Shown: positions 35,801-50,800 of the stretch, in pieces
Numbering within the stretch: position 1 is the first letter of the stretch
How the letters are laid out: every line of letters starts with the position of its first letter
DNA from: Phyllobates terribilis
Lineage: Eukaryota
NCBI RefSeq assembly: GCF_046119375.1
Contig: NW_027362773.1
Coordinates: forward strand, 213,838,001 to 213,902,000
Length of the DNA: 64,000 nt
Direction: 5' to 3'
Made by a program: the position numbers and the translations under genes
The notes under the pieces: model-generated
Told to the model about the DNA's origin: nothing
Databases searched by the model: none
What the model saw: the letters and a program-made list of their open reading frames with translations, nothing else

Positions 35801-38800
35801 ATTTGGCCCACGGGCCAGAGTTTGACATGTGGGGTCTAGAATGATTGATCACTTTGATAATTAGGGTTACCTAGCACCTCCTTGATAATTACTACTTGCT
35901 GACGGGCTCCTTCTTTATCTGTTCACAGGTAGACACACTGTTCCTGTTGAACGAATTAAGTGTCTGGACACAATCTCAGGACATGAGTTCTTCTACTATC
36001 TTCTCAAATCTCAGCACTGTCATCTACTACGGCATCAATAGCGTCTTACAGTCTGTGCTGTCGTCCTGCTCTGAAATCTCTTGGACCCAATCCGAGGTAG
36101 ATCATCTTTATGTCCATTATATATTTTATCCCTTTTTTTTTTTCATTTTCCAAGTTTTTTCTTTTTTTTTCTGTGTTTTCAGATACAGTCCATGACCAAC
36201 TCTGCTCTTGGCATCATGAATGAATATCAGCTGGCTATGCTCCTGAATCTTACTCAGCCGCTGGTATTGCAGACGCCATCATTTTCAGTGCTACTGAGCA
36301 GGTAACGAGACATTATCTCTGCTTCCCTCTCCTATTTCTTAGTGTTAGGGATATTGGCAGGGAAGGGGTTGTACACAGTGTAGAGAGGAGAGAGCATCTA
36401 CAGTCTCAGGGAAGGCAGTAAAAACATGCTATTGACAAGGTGGAAAGGACATGAAGAGGAAATAAGTGTAGGATAGAAGCTGTGCTGATATATGAGCTAA
36501 TGAAGACAGCGATACACAAATCCAGCCGATATTACTGAGAGGGACACTTGTACAAGAAAAAAATAGAAATTTGGATCAGGTTGCAAAATGCATATGAGGA
36601 GGTCTGCAATTAATAAATGAAGGAAGATTGCATGCTGCAATTTTATTAACTATAGGTAACCATTTGGATTTTCGGAATTCCTGGACTATCAAATGTCAGA
36701 ATAAAGAGTTTTACTTGTTCTGAACTTTATCCTGTTTTTTCCTCCAGTGTGAATACATCAAATATTAATAAGTACACCTTGTCCTATCCCGATCCAGTAG
36801 CGGAGGTAGTATTCCCATCCCGGACTGCTTTGCAATCAGTGCTTCAGTCTCTCTCATCTGTTCAGGTTCAGGTAAGAATTTTTTTTTTCTAGTACTCAGT
36901 TTCTCAAGTAGTCTTCATCATTCACAAATTGCATTTAAAAAGTAGTTCTCCTGCAGGTAAAATACAGAGGCAAAATCTGCTGCAATCAGCATAAAATAAG
37001 ACCTCCATAAGATGCATTGACTTACTGTGGATTTTTAATCTGCAGCGCCGTGTATATTTTTTAGAGATTTCCTAAAATCTCATGCACATTGCTGCTTTTG
37101 TTAAATGCAGAAAATTTTTAATTAGGAAAATTCGCTTTGTTTTTACTATGAGGAAACATACCCTTAGCAAATGGGTTTGGTTATTAGAAACGAGCCTTTT
37201 CCATGTAGGCTTACTATGCTTAGAAAGTTCAAACACTAAGGTATGGTCCAGACATGCATCGCGTCCCAAATTATTATGCAAATGCTATTTTTCTCTAATT
37301 TTCTAAATGGTCGAAGCAAATAAGTTAGTGTAATGTAGAAAGCCTCAACGTTAGAGCAGGCCTGCACAACATATGGCCCGCGGGCCGCATGCGGAGAGGC
37401 AGTGTGAGGGAGATATTATGGAAAGGTGTAGATGGGGGGACATTATGGAGAGAGCAGTGTGTGAAGGGCGACATTATGGAGAGGGGCAGTGTGAGGGACC
37501 GTTATGGAGAAGGGCTGTGTGTGGGGGATATTATGGAGAGGGGCTGTCATCTCCCAGCATCTACTTACTATTGTTATGGACATACTGGGAATTGTAGGTT
37601 CAAGCAATGCAATTATATATGGGGCTGACCTGACATTAGAATTGATCGCTGTAATAAGTTTGGTTCTGTATGCATGTACTGACTGTGGTTCTGGCGCTGC
37701 ATTCATGTACTGATGGTGGTTTTGGCGCTGCATTCATTTTCTGACAGTAGTTCTGATTTTGTACAATCCAAAACTTGCTTCGTGGATTTGTTAAAACTTA
37801 AAAATCCTCAAAACTTAGAGTTTTGAGATTATGAAGATAATTTGGCGAGATTTTGCTTAGTTTTTGCTCCACAAACTCAGCGTAAGTTAGTGCATATTCA
37901 CATCTATTTTTTGGAGCAGAAACTGTGCAGAATCTCTCCACATCCTCAAAACTTGGTTCTGGTGAAGTATTAATGTACTGATGGTGGTTTTGGTTATGTA
38001 TTCATGTAAATACCCCTTTAAATTTGTTGCTGCCCTTGGGATTGGTTCAATATGACATTGCGGCCCTTGGACCGAAAAATGTTGTGCACTCCTGCATTAG
38101 AGGTTAAATCAAATTGCATACTTTTTCAATCAAAAACATCCTAACAGGCCAAGTTACATATAACTTTGATATCACCTTCACAATTCTTGCATCCATTGAA
38201 CTTGTGAGTTTTTGAATAGTTTTTGCTTGAATTTCTTTGCGCTATGCCAGAATAGGCTCTCAGAGCTGCTGTTCTGATGTGAGCTGCCTCCCACCCTTGA
38301 GGATACTCCAAAGGTTCTCAATAAGGCTGAGGTCAGAGCAGGATGGTGACCACACCATGGGTTTCTCTCCGGTTATGCCCATAGCAACCAATGACTCTGA
38401 GGTTTTCTTTGCAGTATGAGATGGAGCATGAAGATTATTTTTCTTCTGATGGGACAGTTCTTTTTTTTTTTTTACCATGGAAGAAAGTGCTCAGTAGAAT
38501 CTCTAGGTCATTTTCACACCTTGAGGGACCCTAATGGGGCCTACCAGCTCCCTTGCCGTGATTCCGGCCCAAAACATGATTCCTCCACCTCCCTTCGATT
38601 GTTGCAGTCTTGTTGGGACATGGTGGCCATCCACCAACCATCCACTACTCCATCCATCTGGACCATACACGGTTGCATGGCACGCATCCCTAAACAAGAC
38701 TGTTTTAAAAGTAGTGTTTATGTATGTCTGGGCCCACTGCAACCGTTTCTGCTTATGAGCGCTGTTTAGAGTAAGTTTATGCACCACTACAAACCTCTAG

Positions 38801-41800
38801 AGGATCCTACATCTTGAGGTTTGTAAGACTCCAGAGCCACCAGCAGCTTCAAATACCTGTTTGCTGTTTTTTAATGGTATTTTAGCAGCTGCTCTCTTAA
38901 TCCGATGAATTTGTCTGGCAAAAACCTTCCTCATTATGCCTTTATCTGCACAAACCCATCTGTGCTCTGTATCAGCCACAAATCTCTACACAGTACAGTG
39001 ATCATGCTTAAGTTTTCATGACATATCTTATGTTTTCATACCCTGTCCAAGGTATTGCACTATTTGACGTTTTTCGGCAGCAGAAAGATCCTTTTTCTCT
39101 AATATATTGCTTGAAACCTGTGGCTGCTTAATAATGTGGAATGTCCTTCTTAAGTAGTTTTCCTTTAGCTGGTCTCTGCTGGCAAACTAATTATCACTGG
39201 TGTTTGAGATTGATTTCAGTGATCCAAAGAGCCTGAGACACAAACCATCTATGAGTTTATGTGAAAAACAAAAAATTACATCTTTAAATTCAATGAGCAT
39301 AATAATTTACAGCACTGTGTAGAAGCACCTGTTTTTGCATATCTTAGTACCTTAGAAACATTGCAGGTTTAATCAAGCCCTGAATATTTACTGGATTGGG
39401 TTCTTCAACAAGATTAGATTCACACATCTGTCTTTCGTGATCTCTGTTTTCAATCTGCGATGAACGGACCGGCCACCCGAACTAGAAAATCGCATATTTG
39501 CCTAAGAGGCTGTCAAGTTCGGTTCAGAAGACCCACCGTACTCCGACCTCAGAACACAGATGTATGAATTTGGCCTTAGACTGCATTCAAACGTCCATTG
39601 TCCATGTCCGTTTTTATGGACGCATAGATTTTCATTGATCCATACACACTTCTGTTTTAAAAATGGATCTGTATCTCAGAGTAGGTCCTCTTCGGAGCAG
39701 GTCCTCTTCAGAGCAAGGCCTCTTCAGAGCAGGTCCTCTTCAGAGCAGGTCCTCTTCAGAGCAGTCCTCTTCAGAGCAAGTCCTCTTCAGAGCAAGTCAT
39801 CTTCAGAGCAAGTCCTCTTCAGAGCAAGGCCTCTTCAGAACAGGTCCTCTTCAGAGCAAGTCCTCTTCAGAGCAGGTCCTCTTCAGAGCAAGTCCTCTTC
39901 AGAGCAGGTCCTCTTCAGAGCAGGTCCTCTTCAGAGCAAGTCCTCTTCAGAGTAGGTCCTCTTCAGAGCAGGTCCTCTTCAGAGCAAGTCCTCTTCAGAG
40001 GAGTCCTCTTCAGAGCAGTCCTCTTCAGAGCAAGTCCTCTTCAGGGCAGGTCCTCTTCAGAGCAAGTCCTCTTCAGAGCAGGTCCTCTTCAGAGCAAGTC
40101 TTCTTCAGAGCAAGTCCTCTTCAGAGTAGGTCCTCTTCAGAGCAGGTCCTCTTCAGAGCAAGTCCTCTTCAGAGAAGTCCTCTTCAGAGCAGTCCTCTTC
40201 AGAGCAAGTCCTCTTCAGGGCAGGTCCTCTTCTCATCCTTTTTCCAGATCAGACTTGGCCATTAAAGTCTATGGGAATCTGATAAAAATGGGAGATGCAT
40301 TTTTTCTTCACTTTTCCATCAGTGTTCCTTCTTTTTTAAGTGATCCATTTTTAAGAGTCAATGGATAAAAAAACTTCAGACACTTTACATACGGATGAGA
40401 AGAAAAAACGTATCCCACGTGGATGCAAAACAGAGGATGACCCATGAGAAATGTAAAAACGGAAACGGATGTGTGAATGTAGCCTTAGGCAATTTCACCT
40501 GGAATCAACCCATGTACGGTTTGTAATATAGATTGCTGTATGCCTGACTCATTTGCAATGCAGCCTTCACACGTTCAGTATTTGGTCAGTATTTTACATC
40601 AGTATTTGTAAGCCAAAACCAGGAGTGGGTGATAAATACAGAAGTGGTGACGTGTTTCTATTATACTTTTTGCTCGGATTGTTGCACTCCAGATCTTGGC
40701 TTACAAATACTGATGTAAAATACTGAACATTACTGAACATGTGAACACGGCCTTAGAGGGTATAACCAGGCAGATTCAGGATTTTGGAGAAATAACCATT
40801 AGTAGGTGCAATAACGGATCTCATGTACTGTTTAGCCTCACAGGATTTGCTGCATTTCTGTGGCTCTTGTAAATGTATCAAGAACTGCACCAAATCCAGA
40901 AGATTTTACATTTGTGCCTCTTTAAGAAAAGTAGACGATTAATCTCAGGTTCTTATCACTATTAATAAATAATAGAACGATCCGAATGGCTTCTCTCTTC
41001 AGAAGTGTTGGCTTAAATCATTTCTTTCTTTCTACAGATGATGAGTTTTTCCCAAAACCCATATATAATGAACTCGTCATTCAATATCAGCGGAACTGTG
41101 GCCAGTCTGTCAGTCCTGAATGACAAACAAGAGCTTTCCATGCACAACTTGTCGGACAATTTCCAGGTCGGTTAAAAAAAAGGAATTTCTGGGTATGGAG
41201 AGTATCCGAATCAGATTTTATGCTAAGATTATCTTTGTGAATCTAATCTGCAATTAGTGAAAATTTACCGGCGCTGCAGACGTGAAATTCTCAGCAAATG
41301 AATTTATGCTACAATTGTCATTGCGGCTTTCACCCTTTGCAATGCGGCATTTCTGCAAATTCTCAATAGTTTTGGTCAATGTGGATTTTGCTGTAAATTT
41401 TACACTGCAGTGGATACAAGCTGTCGGAATATAACCTTAGAGCATGTTCTTGGGCACGTTTCCGCTATAGATTTTCCATTGGATTTGCTACAAATTTGCA
41501 AAATCCGTGTGTTCACACATATTAGATTTGCTGCTGATTTTTCCGCAGCATTTTTGCATCTTATCTACAGCAAAATCTGTATTTTATTTGTATATTATTT
41601 ATTATTTTTTTGTATTTTACTCTGGATTTTGTTGCCAATTTGCTGTAGATTTCATCCTTGGAGAAAATTGAAATCCGCAACGCAAATAGTTTACTTACTG
41701 CAGGCTTTCCCTGCACAAAAAAATTCCGCCACATTTAGATGTGATTTGATGAGATTTGTTGAAATCTACTCTTCTACTGGGTTACTGCACTCAAATCCAG

Positions 41801-44800
41801 GAGGAAAATCCACAGTAAATACGCAACGTATGAGCGGTAAATTCCTACGCTACAGATTTTGTTGCAGAAAATTCTGCAACTAAAAATTGGTTCCGTCTAT
41901 CTGAACGAGGTTGTTTCAGATGCAATTGCAAAACTGTATGGAACAAATTTGTAAGGTGTGAATTCACCCTAATTCTATACCACAGCTCATTTTTTGCTGA
42001 GGATACTTAGGATAAGTTCACAGGTTGAGTATTTGCTTTGATTTTGTTACAGAAAGTTTTGCAACTATCCAATTGATCTCAAACAACCCCATTCAGATCC
42101 ATGAAACTGATTTTCAATCACAGAAACTTCTGCAACAATATCAGCAACGTGGGAATTTAGCCTCGGATGATGACTTTTGGTCATGCTTCTAGTACCAGAA
42201 TCTTAAATAATGAAATTTCATTCTCAATATCCTTTTTATTACTTTCTTTTGATAACAGATATTTCTCCCACGTACGGCAAGCTCGGGAAGCCAACCAACC
42301 CCGGTCCAGACATCTGCAGATAAAGCTCTACAGCTATCATTGAAGATCAACCCTCCGGGAAGCACCTTGGTTGTTATCGTCTCGGTTAATCATGGCGTGT
42401 GGCTGGATTTGTATCATGGATTAAAACTTGTATCAAAAGCACAAGTAACCCTACAAAGCGCCCTAGGTATGAATCTAAAAGTGCGTTATCACGCTAGAAA
42501 AAAATTGAATAAGTTTGATAATTTGCAGTACAAGTGTGAATATCAAATCCGCAGCATCGGCCATAACCGTGCAATTTTTTTTTTCTGAGCCATTTTGTAA
42601 AATTTTATCCACGATGGATGGAAAATTAGAAGTTCATCCAAAGTACTAAACAAGTATGAATTGCAAACTGTTCATGCTGTTAAGATATTAACATTATATT
42701 ACTTTGCTTCTAGATTCCTACACATGGATTTTGACTCCGGACATGATTTCTAACCCAACGGCCAGTCAGTTATTTTTGGTTTCCCCATCAAACACCTACG
42801 GGATACAGAATCTGCAACTCAGAGTCTCTACGTTCACAGTACAATGTGCTTTCTGGAATGCGAATCTTCAGAACTGGAGCTCTGATGGCTGCCTGGTACA
42901 GTATCTACTAGTATATATAATAGAAATGTAGCCACAAAGGTTGTAAATTGCAGAAAAGAAGCTAGAAAAATAAAGCAAAATACCAAATAAAATATTTAGT
43001 AGACTGGTATGTCATGAAGGAGAGTGTCACCCTGTGTGGTTCCTATGGATGGCATAGATACATCAGGCTTATCTTCTAGACCAGGGGTCTCAAACACGCG
43101 GCCCGCGGGCCGCATGCGGCCCCTGAGGCTGCTTTATGCGGCCCGCAGGCACAGACCCCTTGACGATCCCGACCTGGTCCAGGAGGAGCCGCCGACAGCA
43201 GCGCTGAATTGCCGCACAGAGACTGTTTCCCAGCACTGTATTTCCAATGCCAGCCGCTGACCAATCAGAGGCCAGCAGCTGATATCTGCGTGTCGGCGCA
43301 GCGAGTATGACGTCATTGCCATATGCAGATGTCAGCTGCTGGCCTCTGATTGGCCGGCGGCTGACATTGAAAATGCAGTGCTGGGAGACAGTCTCTGTGC
43401 GGCAATGCAGCGCTGCTGTCGGCGGCTCCTCCTGGACCAGGTCGGGATCGTCAAGGGGTCGGACTCTGTGGTGCCTGCGGGCCACATCTGCAGGAAGGCC
43501 GCCGAGGGAACGGAGGACAGGTGAGAATCATCTTTTTTTTTTCTTCTATTTTATGTGTGTGAAGAACAGCACAGGGGGCACAGAGCCACAACATGGGGAC
43601 CGGGATGGGGCACAGAGCCACAAGAGGGGACCTGGATGGGGCACATAGCCACAAGAGGGGACCTGGATGGGGCACATAGCCACAAGAGGGGACCTGGATG
43701 GGGCACATAGCCACAAGAGGGGACCTGGATGGGGCACATAGCCACAAGAGGGGACCTGGATGGGGCACATAGCCACAAGAGGGGACCTGGATGGGGCACA
43801 GAGCCACAACATGGGGACCGGGATGGGGCACAGAGCCACAAGAGGGGACCTGGATGGGGCACATAGCCACAAGAGGGGGACCTGGATGGGGCACATAGCC
43901 ACAAGAGGGGGACCTGGATGGGGCACAGAGCCACAAGAGGGGACCTGGATGGGGCACATAGCCACAAGATGGGGACCTGGATGGGGCACATAGCCACAAG
44001 AGGGGACCTGGATGGGGCACATAGCCACAGGATGGGGACCTGGATGGGGCACATAGCCCCAAGAGGGGACCTGGATGGGGCACAGAGCCACAAGAGGGGA
44101 CCTGGATGGGGCACATAGCCACAAGAGGGGACCTGGATGGGGTACATAGCCACAAGAGGGGACCTGGATGGGGCACATAGCCACAAGATGGGGACCTGGA
44201 TGGGGCACATAGCCACAAGAGGGGACCTGGATGGGGCACATAGCCACAAGAGGGGACCTGGATGGGGTACATAGCCACAAGAGGGGACCTGGATGGGGCA
44301 CAAAGCCACAAGATGGGGACCTGGATGGGGCACATAGCCACAAGATGGGGACCTGGATGGGGCACATAGCCACAAGAGGGGACCTGGATGGGGCACATAG
44401 CCACAAGAGGGGACCTGGATGGGGTACATAGCCACAAGAGGGGACCTGGATGGGGCACATAGCCACAAGAGGGGACCTGGATGGGGCACAAAGCCACAGG
44501 ATGGGGACCTGGATGGGGCACAGAGCCTCAAGATGTGGACCTGGATGGGGCACATAGCCTCAAGATGTGGACCTGGATGGGGCACATAATGGGGACCTGG
44601 ATGGGGCACAGAGCCACAAGATGGGGACCAGAGCCACAAGATGGGGACCAGAGCCACAAGATGGGGACCTGGATGGGGCACATAGCCACAGGATGTGGAC
44701 CTGGATGGGGCACAGAGCCTCAAGATGTGGACCTGGATGGGGCACATAGCCTCAAGATGTGGACCTGGATGGGGCACATAATGGGGACCTGGATGGGGCA

Positions 44801-47800
44801 CAGAGCCACAAGATGGGGACCAGAGCCACAAGATGGGGACCTGGATGGGGAACATTGCCACAGGATGGGGACCTGGATGGGGCACATAGCCCCAAGATGG
44901 GGACCTGGATGAGGCACATTAGTACAAGATGGGCGCCAGGATGGGGAACGTTGCCACAGGATGGGGACCTGGATGGGGCACATAGCCACAGGATGGGGAC
45001 CTGGATGGGGCACATTAGTACAAGATGGGGACTTGGATGGGGAACATTACTACAAGATGTTTTCCATTATTACTATATGATGCTAATTGTAAGACAATAT
45101 TACTGTATGTGGCCAATTGGGGGAAATAAAATTGTAAAAAAAATAAAAAATAAAATAAAGCATGAAAAAATATTGGGCACTAAAAATGCTGTTTTATATG
45201 TAAACTAAAGTAAACACAAAAAAGTGCACGTTTATTATCGCCACATCCATAACGACCCAAGCCATAAAAAAATAAACACTGCAAAAATGTTCAAAAGGTG
45301 TACACAAAAAAAAATGGTATCACTAAAAATGTCACATTGAACAAAGAATGCGGCCCCCCAAATTAAAATTTTTTCCATGTGCGGCCCATATACCCAGCCG
45401 AGTTTGAGACCCCTGTTCTAGACCAAGGGTCTCAAACTGAGCCGGATAAAGGGGTTGCACATAGAAAAAAAATCTGAATATGAAGGGCTACGTTCTTTGC
45501 AGGAGAAGATTACGTTTTCAGTGATACCATTATTTTTCTTTGTTAATTTTTGATCATCATCTTTTTTGGGGGGGTGTCTTTTATTCTTTTCAATGGTTTT
45601 CAATTTTTACATAAAACTGCATTTTTGATGGCCAAATATTATTCCATTACTTTTTCAGTCTTTATTTTACATTTTCTTTTAAATGTTTTCCTTTATTTGA
45701 CCCCCAATCGGCCCCATACAGTAATATTGTTTTTCAATTAGCCCCATATAGTAATTCTTGCCCGCATCGTGCAATAATATATCCAATCCTATATTAATGT
45801 CCCCAATCCTGTAATAATATTCCCAAGCCTGTGATAATGTCCCTTACCCTGTAATAATGTCTCCGTCATGTTACAGTGTTCCCTGTCTTGTAGTAACATC
45901 ACCAAGCTTGTAATAATGTCCCCTGTTTTGTAATACTGGTCCCTGTCCTGTAATAATGTCTCTCAGCCTGTAATAATGTCCCCGTCATGTTATAGTGTCC
46001 CCTGTCTTGCAGTAATATCCCCAAGCTTGTAATAATGTCCCCTGTCCTGTAATAATGGTCCCTCGTCCTGTAATAATGGTCCCCTATCCTGTAATAATGT
46101 CCCCAATCCTCTAATAATGTCCTCAATCCTGTAATTGGGGACATTATCCTGTCTTGTAGTAATATGCCAAAGCTTGTAATAATGTCCCCTGTCCTGTAAT
46201 AAAGGTCCCTCGTTCTGTAATAATGGTCCCCTGTCCTGTAATAAAGGTCCCTCGTTCTGTAATAATGGTCCCCGTCCTGTAATAATGTCCCTTAGCCTGT
46301 AATAATGTTCCCAGTCCTGTAATCCCCCATTCTGCTGCTCTTTACATACACATAAAAAATAATTCTTCTCACCTGACTTTGCTGCCTTGGCGAGGACGCA
46401 CATTTAGCTGAATGAAGTGCTGAAGTCAGCAGTCCCTGGCTTACTGAATGCGATTGTCTCAGGGGCCTAAGGGCCACGCAACGGAGCCTCAGGGGCCGCA
46501 TGTGGCCCTTGGGACGCGTTTTTGAGACCCTTTTCTAGACTGAATTACAAGCAGTTTTTATGTTTTAGGTCGGATTTCATCTCCGCATCTCTTCTGTGCA
46601 GGTTGGACCTCAGACGACCGTCACGAAGGTGCAGTGCCTGTGTAATCACCTGTCAGTGTTTGGTTCGTCATTCTTGGTTCTACCTGTTCAGATCGACGTC
46701 ACCCGTACGGCCGAGTATTTCTCTAGGATCTCGGAGAATCCAGTCATTGTTGTCTTAGTGGCATGCTTTTACTTCTGCTACATCCTGATCGTCTTTTGGG
46801 CAAGACGCATGGACCTAAGGGACCAAATGCAGGTAGTCAATTGTTAGCACTGGTATAGCAGTCCCCTGCAATTTTTGCAAAAGCATGGCGAAACGCTGCA
46901 GATTTCTCACTGTTTGACCGGCTAAGTTCACATGGAGCTTATTTAGTGCAGGTTTTCATGGCAGAGTTTAACAAATTTTATCTATATATTGTGGATATTT
47001 TCTGAGCAAAAATTCTCCTGCTGTGCAGATTTTTTTGTCCACCAGATGTCAATTCTTTGTGCAGATTAGTGCAATGGAAAGGGTGAAATTGGCACCAAAT
47101 CCACAGCAAAATCCTCATGTAATATTGATGGATAAGCCATATTCATTTGGGCTCATTTGACTCATCACGCTTCTCCTATCAAACAATCTGTAATAAAAGG
47201 ACTCTGATTTTTTTACGGACACATAGACTTGCATTGGCGACTTTCCTCCGACACATATCGGACAAGTCTCATCAATTTTGTGTGGACAAAGCGGTCCGAT
47301 GAAAAAAAATCAGAGAAGTGAACTGCTCCATAGACTATTACTAGTTTAGTGTGTATTGTGTTAGATCCAAAATGTTTCTGTTTTTTTATAACCCCAGAAT
47401 CGACTGATTATTCCTCGTGATAGTGACCCGTGTGCATTATACCGATATCTCATTACTGTGTGCACCGGACACCGGAGGGGGGCAGGGACCAGCGCCAAGG
47501 TAAGAGAACTTTATTTTCTCATTATTAACACTTTATATAACATATAAATTTTATTGTGACCCATTCTTTATGCCGACAGGTGTGTCTGTCTCTTTGTGGC
47601 GCAGAAAGCCAGTTTGGCCCCATCTTGCTCTCAGATACCAGACATCAGGTGTTTCGAAGCGGCAATGTAGATGTCTTCATTCTCTTTGTGCCATTTCCTT
47701 TGGGTGAATTGAAAAGCATCACACTCAATCATGATGGCAGCGGTGCCCACAAAAGTTGGTAAGATGACAATTTAATGTTCATCTAGTGTGTCTTACTTCC

Positions 47801-50800
47801 ACTTTTGGGGATCAGAGGCGCTACTGACGTGGTGCCCGCCAGATGGGTCCTGTCCTACTTAATAGGTGCAGTAAACTTTGCATGCTGCCGATGGGCATCA
47901 CGTCAATGGCACCTCTCGTCTCCCAATGTGGATATGAAAGTCCCTCGGTAATCCTGAATAATGACTTTATTCTTCATCTCATAGGTATGTGACTCAGGTT
48001 ACTGTTCAAGATGTGCAGCTCAAGATGTCTTGGCATTTTCTATGTAACACATGGCTGTCCGCGCCACCAAGAGGAGACTCTCTGAGCAAGACCTTCAAAG
48101 CTGCCAATGACCAAGAGCTACGGAGTTTTAGGTAACCAGCACCGACACCTTAAACCACACAAATACAACTATTAAAATGGAATTTTGCTTTGCTCTTCCC
48201 TAGATATTTTACTAGGGGATGAGGGGGAATGGGGTTTACAGTTAATTTCCTTTTATATTTCTCAGCATATGTTGCTCATCTTGTCCCTTTTTCTGCCACT
48301 ACATCTTCCACCTCCATGATGATTTTTGTTAGCCAAATCTAAGTATATAATCCACCGCAAGTTTCAGAATATTCTATAGATTTATTGGACCACCCAATCA
48401 CCAGTTATCCTTCTGTATTGTTTTGCAAGGAATATATTTTTGCAGAAGACCCTTAGGGGCCTTCGTGATGAACACATCTGGATTTCCATCCTCAATCACC
48501 CAGCCCGTAGTGTCTTTACACGTGTCCAGCGAGTGTCCTGCTGTATGTGTCTTCTCCTCTGTACCATTGTCATCAACCTCATGTTCTGGGAGCTCCCTCA
48601 AACCGCTTATCCGGTGCTCATTAGTGTTGGTGAGTAGTTTCTCTTGATCGTCCACTGTGTTCTTGTAATACTTCTTTTCCATCACGCTCCTGATTATTTA
48701 TTTCGCAGGCAACTTCATTCTGACATGGAAGGACATCATGATAGCTTTTGAAAGTGCAATTCTCATGTTTCCTGTCAATTTACTCATTATCTATATTTTC
48801 CGAAACACTCGACCCAAAGAAACTAAAGGCTCAAAGGGCAAAATTAAGAAGGGAAAACAAGTTCCCGATGCGAAAAAGAGTTCACCCGTCCAGCTAAGTT
48901 TCAACACGGTTCTGAAGGTGAGAACAAAGCTGTGAGTGGACTTTTTGGTGGCGGGAAGTTATTGCAGTGCTTTTTACACTTTCATAAAAACTTTTTCTAT
49001 TTCATTAGGACCTGTCAGAAACAGTTCGGACTCTGAGCCAAACTTCTCGGAATACATTAGAAGTGGATCTGGATCAAGAATCGAATGAAAACTTTACAGT
49101 CCTCCTGCAGATCATCTCACACCTTTTGCAAAAGCAGCTAACACCTGGACGTGAGTACAAAATTTCTCTTTACAACCTCTTTAGAAATGTATACCTGCTA
49201 AGAAAGTGGCAGAAAAAGAGGCACAATGTGTACAGATATGACTGTAAGTTTCACCACCTATCGATAGCAGAACAGGACATGTTGCAAAAATTTCAATCCG
49301 CTAAAAGTCCCTATATCTGTGCAATGTTTTGCCATCTGGCCACCATCACAGTTCCTACAAGGAATGATACTTAACATTCTTAAGGCCCCCTACACATTAG
49401 AGAAAAGTCATACAAACCTACGGGACCTGGTAACCATCTATGGTGTATAAATTCTTCCCAAATCTCCTCCGGCTGATCATGATGGAGGATAGAAGCATCA
49501 GTGCAAGTCTAGTTTCAACTACCACTCCTATAGAGGCCCCCTGATTCCCATCCGACAGATGATGTTGGAGAAGAGAAGGATCAGGGAAGTGGAGATGTAA
49601 CACCAGATTTTTTTGCTCTCCTGGGAGGTGTCTGTCAGTGGCTTTTTTCCCGCCTCCCCATTGAGAATATATTCACTGACCAATCCCAGCCTGTAGGTAA
49701 TTTTGCAATACCCTGCACTGTTAAAGTATTGCAGTGTATTGTAAAAAAAAAGTATATGTGTATATCACCCCCTTTTAATTAATAAAATAAAAAAATTAAC
49801 ACATTTGGCGTCGCTATGTGTGTAAATGCCTGAAGTCATAAAATAGTTTTAATATTTATCCAATATGGTGAATACCGAAATAGAGAAAAAGTCGAAATGG
49901 CAGAATTAGTGTATTTTGGGTCACTTCACCTAAAAAAGAAAATGGAACAAAAAGATATCAGACAGTCGCATGGACCTCAAAATGGTATTAATAAAATTGC
50001 AGCTCGTACCACAAAAAAAAGCCCTAGTAAAACTTTATAAGTTATAGCTCTTAGAATGCGAGGAGGAAAATTCTGCAACTAATCTGCCTCGTGGAAAGTT
50101 GCCCTAAAGGTTCATTGTGCGTTTTTCCACTATTTGCCCATTTTAATTATCTCTATGATTGCTTTCTAGCGTTGTCCTCTTCGGCACCTCTGGCACAGCT
50201 TTCCATCGTTGAGTTACATGCCTTGTTCTGTGCACATTACGTGTTCCGAAAACTTAAGAAAGTGTCCCAAGATCTTCAGCAGCTGGGAAGCCAGCAGGTA
50301 CCAGACAAGCAACAGCATGAAGAGTTCCTCACACAGTTACAAGCTCTCCTGCATGTATTAGACAAATCTGTCCCACCTTTACCCTCACAGAGGTAAGACA
50401 CAAGGCCACTAAGAGACAATTTAAGGGCCATGGTCCTAACACTACATACTACACTAACATACTATTATCATACCCATGCAGGCCCCAACAAAAGCAGCAA
50501 GTTAAAAAGAAGCGACTGCCTTGGTGGTTCTTGTTCATTGGGTGGTCCATACTGATCTCCATCAGTGTGGTTTCCACCTACTTCACCATGATGTATGGGT
50601 TCCTGTACGGAAAGGATAGTTCTATCCGATGGATTGTTTCAATGACTTTATCTCTTTTCCAAAGCATCTTTATCCTGCAGCCTCTTAAGGTCAGTAAATA
50701 ACAAAATGTATGCCTCAAGAAGAAAACCCCGGTCTATCCATGTAGGTCTCCTTCTTGCTGTCCCATATTAGCCAGAGAGAAGAGTTGTAGTGTTGAGCAA

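Noticed and set aside
34853-35852. ORFs of 100-312 aa (YGGLCG repeats)
   Set aside because: Minisatellite inside a MITE within a PKD1L intron.
39560-40265. Ser-rich ORFs; array superficially CRISPR-like
   Set aside because: 16-bp head-to-tail repeat with no unique spacers, in eukaryotic context. No CRISPR array or cas gene occurs anywhere in the window.
43451-45208. Long ORFs (up to 444 aa) on both strands
   Set aside because: Translation of a 30-31-bp minisatellite inside a TSD-flanked hAT element; no splice context.
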